Shown here in pieces: positions 18,391-28,820 of a DNA stretch of 60,656 bases (position 1 is its first letter; each line of letters begins with the position of its first letter). The notes under the pieces were generated by a model. That model was not told the DNA's origin and made no database searches. It was given only the letters and a program-made list of their open reading frames with translations. This stretch comes from Nitrospirota bacterium (GTDB lineage Bacteria > Nitrospirota > UBA9217): assembly GCA_033854515.1 (NCBI GenBank), contig JAWOJY010000033.1, forward strand, positions 1 through 60,656, given 5' to 3'. The translations under genes and the position numbers were made by a program.

Positions 18391-19424
18391 TCTTTCAGGG
18401 CCAGTTCCGTCGCAGAGATTCCAAACTCCCGGAACAGCCTGTATAGTTGGGGCCGTCTGATTCTCTTTATCCTCGCAAGGTCACGCCGCTGCCTCAAAAC
18501 ACGCGGGAGAGCGATGACCGCCGAACACCACGCCTTGCAGAGAACAATCACGAGCTTAAGTAAGGAATTCTCTTTAGAAAATCTCCCGCTCGCGCCTCTC
18601 CCTGTCAACACACCGTAATAGTGTATTAGGAAACGTTTCAGAGAATAAAAAGGACTTGCCAAAATGAGTTCTGGCGGATAATACTTGAGGAGCACCCAGA
18701 TTCGGTTCCGCTCGGCCAGAAATGCTTTCATCGGAGAATAGGCGGACGAAGAGGAAGAATACTTGTGATATACCCTGGCCGTCGGCACATACCTGCAGTT
18801 CCATCCGGCTATTCTGGCGCGCAGCCCGAGATCCACATCATCGGCATAGGCAAAAAAATCTTCGTCAAAGGTGCCGATTTCGTTTATCATTTTTTTAAGA
18901 TATAGCCCGGCACACCCGCTCGGGAACAGGGCCTCGCCCTCGGCGTCATATTGCCCCTTATCCTGTTCCAGTCTTCCCCTTCCCCGCGCTATCCCGTCTC
19001 GATAAATAAGCAGTCCCGTATTATCGATCATCTCAGGGTTGTAATATGAAAGAATTTTCGATGCCCACATCCCTGTGCCCGGTGATTTTTCCGCAGCCGC
19101 GATCAAGTTCTGAAGCCAAGAGGTATCAGCCTTTGTATCGTTGTTCAAGAGGGCGATATATTTACCGGCCGATGCCCTTATGCCGACGTTGTTGCCGCCG
19201 GCGTAACCATGATTCTTTTTCAGATCGATCACCTTGACAGTCGGGTGCGTACTGCGGACATATTCAGCGGACCCGTCTACCGAGCCGTTATCCACAACGA
19301 TAATTTCAAAGTCCCGAAAACTCTGGGCCGCGAGCGAGCCGAGACACTCGCTCAGCAGATGTTTTCCGTTCCATGTTACGATAATGACCGAGACCAGCGG
19401 GGATTGAGAGTCTTTATTGTTCAT
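18387..19424 (-). CDS. Glycosyltransferase family 2
   Basis: ORF track 18387..19481; the likely ATG is at 19424 (MNNKDSQSPLVSVIIVTWNG). Motifs are IIVVDNGSVDGS, NHGYAGGNN and YADDVDLGLR. Confidence 0.85.
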   Translation of the reverse strand: MNNKDSQSPLVSVIIVTWNGKHLLSECLGSLAAQSFRDFEIIVVDNGSVDGSAEYVRSTHPTVKVIDLKKNHGYAGGNNVGIRASAGKYIALLNNDTKADTSWLQNLIAAAEKSPGTGMWASKILSYYNPEMIDNTGLLIYRDGIARGRGRLEQDKGQYDAEGEALFPSGCAGLYLKKMINEIGTFDEDFFAYADDVDLGLRARIAGWNCRYVPTARVYHKYSSSSSAYSPMKAFLAERNRIWVLLKYYPPELILASPFYSLKRFLIHYYGVLTGRGASGRFSKENSLLKLVIVLCKAWCSAVIALPRVLRQRRDLARIKRIRRPQLYRLFREFGISATELALKE

Positions 19425-19585
19425 GCTGCACCACTCGTCAGCCGCGATGTACGAACCGGGCTGCATCGTCCGGAGAAACAATCACGAACATCACGGCATT
19501 ATGTTAATCCATCGCCTTAAGACAGTCAATATTCATCACGTACGTCTCGGCATTTTGTGCTCAAAGGACCCAGAAAGCCGGAATG

Positions 19586-20029
19586 CTACCCCCGCTCGGC
19601 CTTTCGGTACCGCACAACGGCCCAGTAAAAAATGAAATAGGAGATTACCGCCGCACCGATGCCGATCACGAGCGTTCCGGTTACAAAAGGCCAGAGGTAC
19701 GGCTTCATGGTACTGAGGACGTTCGAAATGCTGAGTTGATTCCAGGCAATCTGCGGCGCATCGACTTCGCTGCCGGTGATTTTAATGCCGAACCACAGGC
19801 AGAACCCGTAGAGCGGCACGACGGTCCACGGATTGTTGACAAGGGATGCCGTTAATGTTACAAGCTTGCTTACCCGGAACAGCCAGGCGAGGAGCAGGCA
19901 GGAAAGCATATGCAGCCCGATTGTGGGGGTGAAGGCAACAAACACGCCGAGGGAAAATGCCAGCGCCAGCTTATGCGGCGGGTCATCCAGCTTTAGAATG
20001 GAACGGAGGCGTTCTTTGATATGCTTCAT
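19586..20029 (-). CDS. DUF2062 membrane protein
   Basis: ATG at 20029 (MKHIKERL...). PHKLALAFSLGVFVAFTPTIGLHMLSCLLLAWLFRVSKL is typical of DUF2062. Confidence 0.65.
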   Translation of the reverse strand: MKHIKERLRSILKLDDPPHKLALAFSLGVFVAFTPTIGLHMLSCLLLAWLFRVSKLVTLTASLVNNPWTVVPLYGFCLWFGIKITGSEVDAPQIAWNQLSISNVLSTMKPYLWPFVTGTLVIGIGAAVISYFIFYWAVVRYRKAERG

Positions 20030-20033
20030 AATC

Positions 20034-21062
20034 CTAATATCCCTTGGCGGCATCTTTAAGGCCGGTGTGCTGGAGATCGAAATGGTCGTATCCCGAAGGC
20101 CTGATCTTTTTTCTTTCTCCGGACCTGCTTGTCAGATAAAGCCCCCTCGCGCCGGTAATCGTACCGATCTCGGTGATCTGGATTCTTAAAGACTGCAGCC
20201 TCTTCAGCTTTGCAGGCGGTACGGTGAACAGAAGTTCATAGTCTTCGCCCCCGGAAAGGGCGTACGTGAGCGCAGGCCTGGTGAGCCCCGTTGAAAAGCC
20301 CGAAAGCGATGGTGACAATGGGATCCTGTCCGCTGAGATTTCGGCCCCCACTGCGCTCTGCTCGCAGATATGGTTCAAATCCGATGAAAGTCCGTCACTG
20401 ATATCTATCATCGCGCTTGCACATCCTGAAAGCGCAAGCGCCCTTCCCTCTTTCACGCGCGGCACGGGACGGAGGTGTTTCTGAATCAGTCGCCTCACCC
20501 CTGACCCCTGGCGTCTGACCCCTTTTTTAAGCATCTCCAGCCCTGCGGCAGAGTCCCCCAACGTTCCGGTGACGAATAACCTGTCCCCGGGCTTGGTCCC
20601 TGAACGCGTCAGCAGCCTTGACTTTTCGACGTCTCCGAGCACGGTAACACTGACTATTATCCCGTTCCGGGAACGACAGGTGTCGCCACCGACGAGGGAC
20701 GCCTTATGAATATCAATGAGGTCCTCGAAGCCGCGGTAAAACTTCGCGATCAGTTCTGCCGAAACCCGGGAAGGAATGCCGATGGAAGTCAGACATGCTC
20801 GAGGAACTCCGCCCATGGCCGCGATGTCACTGAGGTTCACAGCTGCGGATTTCCAACCAAGCGAGTAGAAATCGGTAAAGGAGAGATCGAAATGCACACC
20901 CTCGAGCAGCATGTCCGTCGTAGCAAGCAGCGTCCTCGACGGTAAAACCTTAAGTGCAGCGGCGTCGTCTCCGATGCCGACCAGCGTAAAAGATGATTTC
21001 CTGGAGGAGATTTTCTGGATTTTCCGTATCAGCCCGAATTCGCCGAGCTCTGCTATTTTCAT
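20034..21062 (-). CDS. thiL: Thiamine-monophosphate kinase
   Basis: ATG at 21062. Motifs are AELGEFGLIRKI, GIGDDAAAL, TTDMLLEGVHFD and the AIR-synthase-like fold motif GGD. Confidence 0.85.
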   Translation of the reverse strand: MKIAELGEFGLIRKIQKISSRKSSFTLVGIGDDAAALKVLPSRTLLATTDMLLEGVHFDLSFTDFYSLGWKSAAVNLSDIAAMGGVPRACLTSIGIPSRVSAELIAKFYRGFEDLIDIHKASLVGGDTCRSRNGIIVSVTVLGDVEKSRLLTRSGTKPGDRLFVTGTLGDSAAGLEMLKKGVRRQGSGVRRLIQKHLRPVPRVKEGRALALSGCASAMIDISDGLSSDLNHICEQSAVGAEISADRIPLSPSLSGFSTGLTRPALTYALSGGEDYELLFTVPPAKLKRLQSLRIQITEIGTITGARGLYLTSRSGERKKIRPSGYDHFDLQHTGLKDAAKGY

Positions 21063-21163
21063 TGTTAATTTCTGCCACAGAGGCACGGAGACACAAAACA
21101 ATTCTTATATCGTTCCAGAGACCGACCCTGTCTTCCGTTGTCTGACTTCTGTTCTCCGCTTTT

Positions 21164-23608
21164 TTAATGCGTTGTTCGCGACCTGCCGGGGAGCCTTGTA
21201 TGCGCGACGCGGCGGGGCAATTTCTTCCGGAGAGCCGACTGGATCACCTCGTCCATGGTATCGACGAAAATGAACTTCATCTCTTTTCTTACGTTCTGGG
21301 GGATATCGTCAAGATCCTTCTCGTTCTGCTTCGGGATGATGATGGTTTTGATTCCCGCTCTTTTCGCGGCCAGTGTTTTTTCCTTGAGTCCGCCTATCGG
21401 CAGTACGCGTCCGCGGAGCGTAACCTCGCCGGTCATGGCAAGGTCCTTTCTGACCGGCGAATTGGTGAAAATGGAGGCCAGAGCGGTCGCCATGGTAACA
21501 CCCGCGGAAGGGCCGTCTTTGGGAATAGCTCCGGCGGGCACGTGGATATGCACGTCCGTCTTGCCGAAAACTTCCGTCTTGATGCCGAGTTCCGCGGCCC
21601 GTGAACGCACATAGGTAAGCGCCGCGTGCGCCGACTCTTTCATCACATCGCCCAGATGTCCCGTGAGCGTGAGGGTCCCCTTGCCGCGCATGGTCGTCGC
21701 CTCGACGTACAGAATGTCTCCGCCCGTCTCGGTCCATGCCAGTCCTGTGACCACGCCGGTCTCGTCTTTGTCCCGCTCGACCTCCGGCAGGAACTTGGGC
21801 ACGCCGAGGTATTTATGCAGATTGGCCGTCGTAATGGTGAAAAGCCCGCTCTCCCCTTCAGCCACCTTGCGGGCGACCTTGCGGCAGAGGTGTCCGATTT
21901 CACGTTCGAGGTTCCTCACACCCGCCTCACGGGTATACGCGGTAATGATCTCAATGACGGTCTTGTCCGGGATGCCGATCTGTTTTTCCGTGATCCCGTG
22001 CTCCTTCATCTGGCGGGGAATGAGGTAGCTCTTGGCTATCCCCAGCTTCTCCTGCTCCGTATAGCCCGACAGCGGAATGATTTCCATCCTGTCCTTGAGC
22101 GGAGACGGTATCGGGTCGGTCATGTTCGCCGTCGTAATGAACATCACATTCGAAAGGTCGAAGGGCAGCCCGATGTAGTGGTCGCTGAAAGCGTTGTTCT
22201 GTTCCGGATCAAGGACCTCGAGCAGCGCCGCTGCAGGGTCTCCCCTGAAGTCGGCGCCGATCTTGTCGATTTCGTCGAGCATGAAGACGGGATTATTCGA
22301 CCCGCCGGTCTTGATGCCCTGGATGATTCTCCCGGGGAGCGCCCCCACATAGGTCCTGCGGTGCCCGCGGATCTCCGCCTCGTCGCGGATGCCGCCGAGC
22401 GACATGCGGACGAACTCGCGGCCGAGCGAGCGCGCAATGGACTTTCCGAGCGACGTCTTGCCCACGCCCGGGGGCCCCACGAAGCAGAGGATCGGGCCCT
22501 TCATCTTCTCCTTGAGCTTGCGGACCGAAAGGTACTCCAGAATCCTCTCTTTGACCTTCTCGAGGTCGTAATGGTCCTCTTCAAGCACTTTGTGCGCGGC
22601 CTTGAGGTCAAGGTTGTCCTTGGTGGTCTTGCTCCAGGGAAGTTCAGCGAGCCATTCGATATACGTTCTGGTCATGGACGCCTCTGCGGCGTCCGGGTGC
22701 ATGCGTTCGAGCCTCCGGAGCTGCTTCTCCGCTTCCTTGGCGGCCTTTTCGGGCATTTTTGCTTCTTTGATTTTTTCACGGAGTTCGCGGATGTCCTCTG
22801 CGCGGTCGTCCGTTTCGCCGAGCTCGCGCTGGATCGCCTTGAGCTGCTCGCGCAGGAAATATTCGCGCTGGGTTTTATCGATCTCGCCCCTTACGTCCGC
22901 CTGTATCTTCTGCTGCATGGACAGGAGTTCCAGTTCCTTCCCCAGCGCCTCATTGATGCGCTTGATCCGCAGGATCGGATCGGCGATCTCGAGCATCTCC
23001 TGCGCCTGCTCCACCTTGAGTCCCATATTGGCCACGGCAAGATCGGCGAGCTTGCCCGGGTCGTCGACATTCTCGATCACCACCATGATGTCAGGCAGGA
23101 TGACTTTGCCGAAGGAAACCAGGCGCTCGAGCTGTTCCTTGACGTTCCGCATCAGGGCCTCGGTCTCGAGATTGACCGCACTCTGGGCCTCGGGGAAGGT
23201 CTTGATTTCGACCTGGTAGTAAGGCTCTTTCTGAAGGAATTTCTGTATCTTCGCCCTCGCCACTCCCTGGACGAGTATTTTAATACGGCCGTCCGGCAGC
23301 TTGAGCATCCGCATGATCACTCCGACGGTGCCGACGGAGTACAGGTCGGACGGAGACGGGTTCTCAATATTGAGATCTTTTTGCGAGGTCAGGAACAGCA
23401 TCCTGTTGCCCTCGAGCGCCACCTCGATCGCCTTGATGGACATCTCCCTGCCTACGAACAACGGCAGGACCATGTAAGGAAAAACGACTATATCCCGGAT
23501 CGGGAGCAACGGCAGTTTTTTCGGAATCTCTATGGATTGCTGAAGGTCAGCGGTTTTTGATTCGGTCTTGGCCAAATCTTCCTCCTCAACGTGCGCGCGG
23601 GCACGCAT
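21164..23608 (-). CDS. lon: ATP-dependent Lon protease
   Basis: 814 aa with a LON N-domain, Walker [10 protein letters not shown] and the protease Ser motif [14 protein letters not shown]. Confidence 0.95.
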   Translation of the reverse strand: MRARAHVEEEDLAKTESKTADLQQSIEIPKKLPLLPIRDIVVFPYMVLPLFVGREMSIKAIEVALEGNRMLFLTSQKDLNIENPSPSDLYSVGTVGVIMRMLKLPDGRIKILVQGVARAKIQKFLQKEPYYQVEIKTFPEAQSAVNLETEALMRNVKEQLERLVSFGKVILPDIMVVIENVDDPGKLADLAVANMGLKVEQAQEMLEIADPILRIKRINEALGKELELLSMQQKIQADVRGEIDKTQREYFLREQLKAIQRELGETDDRAEDIRELREKIKEAKMPEKAAKEAEKQLRRLERMHPDAAEASMTRTYIEWLAELPWSKTTKDNLDLKAAHKVLEEDHYDLEKVKERILEYLSVRKLKEKMKGPILCFVGPPGVGKTSLGKSIARSLGREFVRMSLGGIRDEAEIRGHRRTYVGALPGRIIQGIKTGGSNNPVFMLDEIDKIGADFRGDPAAALLEVLDPEQNNAFSDHYIGLPFDLSNVMFITTANMTDPIPSPLKDRMEIIPLSGYTEQEKLGIAKSYLIPRQMKEHGITEKQIGIPDKTVIEIITAYTREAGVRNLEREIGHLCRKVARKVAEGESGLFTITTANLHKYLGVPKFLPEVERDKDETGVVTGLAWTETGGDILYVEATTMRGKGTLTLTGHLGDVMKESAHAALTYVRSRAAELGIKTEVFGKTDVHIHVPAGAIPKDGPSAGVTMATALASIFTNSPVRKDLAMTGEVTLRGRVLPIGGLKEKTLAAKRAGIKTIIIPKQNEKDLDDIPQNVRKEMKFIFVDTMDEVIQSALRKKLPRRVAHTRLPGRSRTTH

Positions 23609-23627
23609 GATGTCGGCGGTGAGGCTT

Positions 23628-24497
23628 TTACAACTTCAAATGTTTCAGATAATTCCTGAACTCTTCACCGAGATCCCTGTTTTTGAGACCGAATTCGACG
23701 GTGGCCTTCAAAAACCCGAGCTTGTCGCCGGCGTCATACCGTACACCCTGGAACTCGTATGCGTATATCGGCTGTTTCTGCATGAGCAGTTTCAGCCCGT
23801 CCGTGAGCTGGATTTCGCCCCCCTTACCGGGTTGGGTATGCTCGAGGGCCTCGAATATCTCCGGCATGAGAATGTACCTGCCGATGATAGCGAGGTTTGA
23901 CGGGGCTTCGTCCGGCGATGGCTTCTCGACGAGGTCTTTCACCAGATAAACGCCGTTCTCAAGCTTCTTGGCGTCGATGATGCCGTACTGGTGCGTCTGC
24001 GAGTGATGCACCTTCTGAATGGCCAGGATCGTGGACGGGTACCGTTTGTAGAGATCCAGCATCTGCTTTAAAACGGGAACCGTGGAATCGATGATATCAT
24101 CGCCGAGAAGCACGGCAAAAGGTTCACCGCCCACCACACGCCTGGAGGTCAGTATTGCGTGCCCCAGGCCCATCGCCATTTTCTGGCGTATATAACAAAA
24201 CGTCACCAGATTGGCTATATGTTGCACCTCGGAGAGCAGCTTGTGTTTGCCCTTGGCTTTCAGGTCTTCTTCGAGCTCAAAAGCCACATCAAAGTGGTCT
24301 TCGATCGCGCGCTTGCCCCTTCCCGTAATCAAGACCACCTCTTCAATGCCGGACGATACCGCCTCCTCTACGACGTACTGGATGAGCGGTTTATCGACCA
24401 GAGCAAGCATCTCCTTCGGGGAAGCCTTCGTCGCAGGAAGAAATCTGGTCCCCAATCCGGCAGCCGGGAAAACGGCCTTGGTAATCTCTTTGACCAC
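23628..24497 (-). CDS. galU: UTP--glucose-1-phosphate uridylyltransferase
   Basis: [35 protein letters not shown] is the canonical GalU N-terminus. Confidence 0.9.
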   Translation of the reverse strand: MVKEITKAVFPAAGLGTRFLPATKASPKEMLALVDKPLIQYVVEEAVSSGIEEVVLITGRGKRAIEDHFDVAFELEEDLKAKGKHKLLSEVQHIANLVTFCYIRQKMAMGLGHAILTSRRVVGGEPFAVLLGDDIIDSTVPVLKQMLDLYKRYPSTILAIQKVHHSQTHQYGIIDAKKLENGVYLVKDLVEKPSPDEAPSNLAIIGRYILMPEIFEALEHTQPGKGGEIQLTDGLKLLMQKQPIYAYEFQGVRYDAGDKLGFLKATVEFGLKNRDLGEEFRNYLKHLKL

Positions 24498-24628
24498 TTT
24501 ACTTGGACTCCTCGTTGTTGAGGCTTTCAGTAAGGCCGGCGCCGGAGTTCCCTGCCCGGCGCCCTGAATATTTCATTTTATGGGACCGTCCTGAAAAAGT
24601 CAAGAAATAAGCGGGATAAAGACACTGG

Positions 24629-26056
24629 TTACCGGGGAACCGGCACACTCCCGAGCAGGTACTTGAGGTCTTCGTCGTCAAATCTAAAGCCGATGCCGGC
24701 GAAGGGGAATGCTCTGTCGGGGTTGAGGAAATTGTCATATCCTGCGTCCAGAAATACGTATTTGCTGATGCCGTAATTTACGGTCGCCTTCAGATGAGCA
24801 TTTGTATTGTGTGGCTCAGTACTGTTGAAATTCCAGGCTTCAAGACTGAATTTCATCCTGTCGTCGAATGCAAAATAGTCTGCGCCAATGCCTCCTGTGG
24901 ACTCGATGAGTCCGGCGCGGACCGCGAGGTTCCCGAAACGTTTGGCAAACATCAGGCTGAACTTGAGCTTATCTTCATACGTTTCCTGCACGACCGTGTT
25001 GCCCGGCGGCGTAAGCGTGGTGACTGTCCTCGCGTATTTGCCGAAGGGGTCGGACGTCACTTCGAGGATATAATACTTGTCAGGCCTCGGTTTAAGCTCG
25101 AGGGTAAAGTAGTTCTTGATCTCGGGGAACATGTATTCGCTCCGGAACCCGACGATCGTCCTCATACGCTCTATGCGCGAGGTGTAGTCGCTGAACCCCT
25201 GGGCGGCGGTGTTGATATTTTTGTACAGGCTCTCGTCGGTGACCAGTTTCCCGAGCGTGCCTTCTCCACGATCGATCTTCCGGCTGACGTCTTCTATGGA
25301 AGCCAGGGCCATCTCTGCCTGCTTTGACGCCTCCCGTACATTTTCCAGGGTGACTTTCAGGTTGTCCCTGTTTTCGGCTACGATAGTATTCAGGCTTCCG
25401 GCGAGTTCGTTCAGGCGCACAACAAGCTGACTCCCGTCGGTGCGCAGAGATGAAGAAAACTCCTGGATGTTCGCCGTGGTCCTTCTCAAGTCCGTGAGAA
25501 TATCTTCCATGGAGCGCGCGCCTCGTTCGGTACCGAAAACCTGACGGAGAGAGGCGGTCACCTGCTTGACGTCGTCCGAGATCGCGCTTAATTGGTTGAT
25601 CAGGTGGTCGACGTCACTTGGAGAGACCGTCACCGTAATCTGCTCACCGGGCTTGAGGTATCCGACCTGCGCGGGAGGGTCCCCTCTCGATGAGCGAGGG
25701 TCGGACCCCGAGATATTGGGAGGAATGATTTCGACGTACTTTTCCCCGAGAAGGCCCATGGTCTTTACCGCGGCCTCGGATCCTACAGGAATGCGCACCT
25801 CGGGATTGATCCTCATGGACACCTTTGCCTTGCCGTCGTCCAGTGCGATCTTCTCGACGGCGCCTATTTTAACGCCTGCCATCCTTACGGGGGCTTTGAG
25901 GTCGAGCCCGGCGACAGACGTAAACTCCGCGGTCAGGATGTACCCTTTCCTTTCCCCGAACTGGTACTTGCCGACGGCAAAGGTCATGTACAGAAGAATA
26001 ATCGAGCCGATAAGTACGAGCAGACCGACTTTTGCCTCAGGGCTCAGTTTGGCCAT
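24629..26056 (-). CDS. mlaD: MlaD/MCE-family protein with a long C-terminal extension
   Basis: N-terminal TM plus an MCE domain (VAGLDLKAPVRMAGVKIGAVEKI...). About 300 further residues follow: a helical stretch, then a beta-rich region ending FRFDDEDLKYLLGSVPVPR. Confidence 0.75.
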   Translation of the reverse strand: MAKLSPEAKVGLLVLIGSIILLYMTFAVGKYQFGERKGYILTAEFTSVAGLDLKAPVRMAGVKIGAVEKIALDDGKAKVSMRINPEVRIPVGSEAAVKTMGLLGEKYVEIIPPNISGSDPRSSRGDPPAQVGYLKPGEQITVTVSPSDVDHLINQLSAISDDVKQVTASLRQVFGTERGARSMEDILTDLRRTTANIQEFSSSLRTDGSQLVVRLNELAGSLNTIVAENRDNLKVTLENVREASKQAEMALASIEDVSRKIDRGEGTLGKLVTDESLYKNINTAAQGFSDYTSRIERMRTIVGFRSEYMFPEIKNYFTLELKPRPDKYYILEVTSDPFGKYARTVTTLTPPGNTVVQETYEDKLKFSLMFAKRFGNLAVRAGLIESTGGIGADYFAFDDRMKFSLEAWNFNSTEPHNTNAHLKATVNYGISKYVFLDAGYDNFLNPDRAFPFAGIGFRFDDEDLKYLLGSVPVPR

Positions 26057-26083
26057 ATAAACTCCGGATAATGGAAAATTTTC

Positions 26084-26107
26084 TTAATCTCTCAATCTCT
26101 TAGTCTC
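26084..26107. repeat. Tandem 8-nt repeat (x3) in the mlaF-mlaD spacer
   Basis: TTAATCTC / TCAATCTC / TTAGTCTC on the plus strand. This reads as purine-rich GAGAYTRA units on the coding (minus) strand, 28-51 nt upstream of the mlaD ATG. Confidence 0.7.
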
Positions 26108-26118
26108 TGTTTTCTTCA

Positions 26119-26865
26119 CTACTCTGCCGTTATCGGCCCCACCGCGCTTCCCGTAATGAACTGATGCACAGTGGGGTTCGACGTATTCTTGATCTCATCG
26201 GGTGTGCCTGTTTCGAGGATCTGTCCTTTGTAGAGCATTGCGATCCGGTCCGAAATCTTATAGGCGCTGTGCATATCATGGGTAATTGCGACCGAGGTCA
26301 CGCCGAGTTTTTTCTTGAGGTCGACGATCAGATCATTGATCGCGTCCGCTGTAATAGGATCGAGGCCCGTCGTGGGCTCGTCATAGAGAATGATTGCGGG
26401 GTCCATGGCAATGGCCCGCGCGAGCCCCACCCTCTTTTTCATGCCACCCGAAAGTTCGGCAGGCATCTTGTCTTCGACGTCCTTGAGTCCCACAAGAGCG
26501 AGCTTTTCCGTTGCAACCTTCCTGATCTCCTTATCTGACATTTTGGCGTGCTGCTTCAGACCGAACCCCACGTTTTCCCAGACCGTAAGCGAATCGAAGA
26601 GAGCAGCGCCCTGAAAGAGCATACCGAACTTCTTTCGCATCTCGTTCAATCCCCTTTCATCGAGCGTATTGACGACCTGTCCGTCGATGATCACCCGGCC
26701 CTTGTCGGGGAACAGCAGTCCGATAATGTGCTTGAGCAGGACGCTCTTGCCGCTCCCGCTCCCGCCGATCACCGTCATGCTCTCGCCTTTTTCCACCGTG
26801 AGGTTCACGCCGCGGAGCACGTACAGGCTACCGAAGCTCTTGTGCAGGTTGATAAGCTCGATCAT
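26119..26865 (-). CDS. mlaF: ABC transporter ATP-binding protein (MlaF-type)
   Basis: Walker A GGSGSGKS, signature LSGGMKKRVGLARA and Walker B ILYDEPTTGLD. Confidence 0.85.
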   Translation of the reverse strand: MIELINLHKSFGSLYVLRGVNLTVEKGESMTVIGGSGSGKSVLLKHIIGLLFPDKGRVIIDGQVVNTLDERGLNEMRKKFGMLFQGAALFDSLTVWENVGFGLKQHAKMSDKEIRKVATEKLALVGLKDVEDKMPAELSGGMKKRVGLARAIAMDPAIILYDEPTTGLDPITADAINDLIVDLKKKLGVTSVAITHDMHSAYKISDRIAMLYKGQILETGTPDEIKNTSNPTVHQFITGSAVGPITAE

Positions 26866-26874
26866 ACTCGTTCG

Positions 26875-27648
26875 CTACCATAGGAACGCGCTCAGAAAAT
26901 AATCCAGGACAAGGATCAACATGCACGATATCACCACCGCTCCGGTCGTGGCCTTGCCCACGCCTTCCGCGCCGCCTTCGGTTGTAAACCCTTTATAGCA
27001 GCCGATGATGCCGATCACACCTCCGAACACGAGCGCCTTGATCAGTCCGTTCCAGATATCGGAAACCTGGGTATTATCAATGCTCTGGTTGATATAGGTG
27101 ACCGGATTGGCGCCAAGCACCTTCACGCCCACCACGTATCCTCCGGCAATGCCGACAAACATGCCGAGCGACGTGAGAAAGAACATCATGATAATGCTTG
27201 CGAGGAAACGGGGCACAACCAGGTATTTTACGGGATTTGTGGCCAGGGTATAGAGCGCGTCGATCTGCTCGGTCACTTTCATCGTACCGAGTTCCGCGGC
27301 CATCGCGGCGCCCGCCCTGCCGGCCAGCATCAATCCCGTGAGCACGGGGCCGAGTTCCCTGGTCATGGAAAGCGAGACCACCGCCCCGATGAGCGACTCC
27401 GCGCCGAAGCGTTTGAACCCTGTGTAGCTCTGGAGCGCGAGCACCATGCCGGTGGATATGGCCGTGGTCAGCACGACCGGCACGGAGTTCACGCCGATCT
27501 GCTCCATCTGCTTCAGAAGGTTCTTCAGATAGAACGGCCTGCTCGTGATCCAGCGGACGGTCTGGGCCAGAAACATGAGGACCTTCCCGGCCTCGGTCAG
27601 ATAGAACGTGATCCTGCTCCCTATGATCTCAAGCCATTTGATGAGCAT
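26875..27648 (-). CDS. mlaE: ABC transporter permease (MlaE-type)
   Basis: ORF track 26875..27690; the ATG at 27648 gives about 257 aa. MlaE-like TM pattern with TRELGPVLTGLMLAGRAGAAMAAELGTMKVTEQIDAL. Confidence 0.8.
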   Translation of the reverse strand: MLIKWLEIIGSRITFYLTEAGKVLMFLAQTVRWITSRPFYLKNLLKQMEQIGVNSVPVVLTTAISTGMVLALQSYTGFKRFGAESLIGAVVSLSMTRELGPVLTGLMLAGRAGAAMAAELGTMKVTEQIDALYTLATNPVKYLVVPRFLASIIMMFFLTSLGMFVGIAGGYVVGVKVLGANPVTYINQSIDNTQVSDIWNGLIKALVFGGVIGIIGCYKGFTTEGGAEGVGKATTGAVVISCMLILVLDYFLSAFLW

Positions 27649-28820
27649 GCGCCCTCGTATACTCGCGGGACGCGGCTGCTGATGGCGCACAGCACCTCGT
27701 ACGCTATCGTCCCGGTCTTGGCTGCGATATCATCGGCCGTGATCCGTTCTCCGCCCTGGCCCCCGATCAATACCACCTCATCCCCTTCTGATACGCCGGG
27801 GACATCGGTCACGTCGAGCATGGCCATGTCCATGCAGACCCGGCCGACTACCGGCGCCCGCACGCCGCGGACAATCGCTTCGCCCTTGTTGGACAGGGCG
27901 CGGTTGTAGCCATCGGCATAGCCGATGGGTAAGGTCGCAATAAGGCTTTTCCGTTTCGTAACATACGTTCTGCCGTAACTGATGGGAATTCCGGCAGGGA
28001 TCTTTTTAATAAACGCAATACGGGTCACGAGCGACAAAACCGGCTTCAACTCCATGCCTCCCCGGACCACCTCAAGCGGGTTGTAGCCGTATAACATAAG
28101 CCCGGGTCTCACCATGCTGAACAGCGCGCGCCTGAAATCGAGTATCGCTGCGCTGTTGGATGCGTGGCACAGGGGGATCGTAATTTTTCTCGTCGCCAGC
28201 GCCGCCACAAGGGACTCGAACCTGTTCATCTGCGAGGAGGCAAACTGCTTGTCACGCAAATCGGCGTCGGCAAAATGCGTCATCAATCCTTCGAGCCCGA
28301 TACCGTCGAGTTTCAGCAAGCCTTCGATGAACGCCGGCGCTTCTTCCGGCGTAAGACCGATCCGGCCCATGCCCGTATCAATCTTCACGTGCACGGAAAC
28401 TTTTTTCCTCAGTCTGGCAGCGGCATCCGACAGGGCGCGCGCCACGGCCCCGGTGTAGACGAGCGGAGTAAGGTTCCACCTGACCAACGCCTCGGCCTGC
28501 TCGGGAAAGACCGCCCCCATCACCAGAACGGGGGCGTCAACGCCCGCCTCCCGCAATTCCACCCCCTCCTCGACCAGGGCGACGCCGAGCATGTGCGCTC
28601 CGTTCCGGAGCAGATGCCGGGAAACTTCACAGGCCCCATGGCCGTACGCCTGGGCTTTGACCACGGCAAGAATCCTGCGCCCGGAAACACGTTCGATCAC
28701 CTGGCTGAGATTGTGGGAAAGCGCGCCCAGATCAATGCGGGCAAACGTCGGTCTCGTGGACGGTGATCCTGCGCCGAGGACGCTGCCCGAATATACATCT
28801 TCAGTGAATAGTACTTTCAT
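27621..28820 (-). CDS. alr: Alanine racemase
   Basis: The PLP-lysine motif AVVKAQAYGHGA and a C-terminal beta-domain (VSMDM-like CMDMAMLDV). Confidence 0.9.
   Translation of the reverse strand: MKVLFTEDVYSGSVLGAGSPSTRPTFARIDLGALSHNLSQVIERVSGRRILAVVKAQAYGHGACEVSRHLLRNGAHMLGVALVEEGVELREAGVDAPVLVMGAVFPEQAEALVRWNLTPLVYTGAVARALSDAAARLRKKVSVHVKIDTGMGRIGLTPEEAPAFIEGLLKLDGIGLEGLMTHFADADLRDKQFASSQMNRFESLVAALATRKITIPLCHASNSAAILDFRRALFSMVRPGLMLYGYNPLEVVRGGMELKPVLSLVTRIAFIKKIPAGIPISYGRTYVTKRKSLIATLPIGYADGYNRALSNKGEAIVRGVRAPVVGRVCMDMAMLDVTDVPGVSEGDEVVLIGGQGGERITADDIAAKTGTIAYEVLCAISSRVPRVYEGACSSNGLRS

Noticed and set aside
21626-23560. 644-aa plus-strand ORF opposite lon
   Set aside because: It is an antisense shadow of an unmistakable Lon protease. 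The translation has no motifs and an Arg/Leu/Asp/Pro-rich composition.
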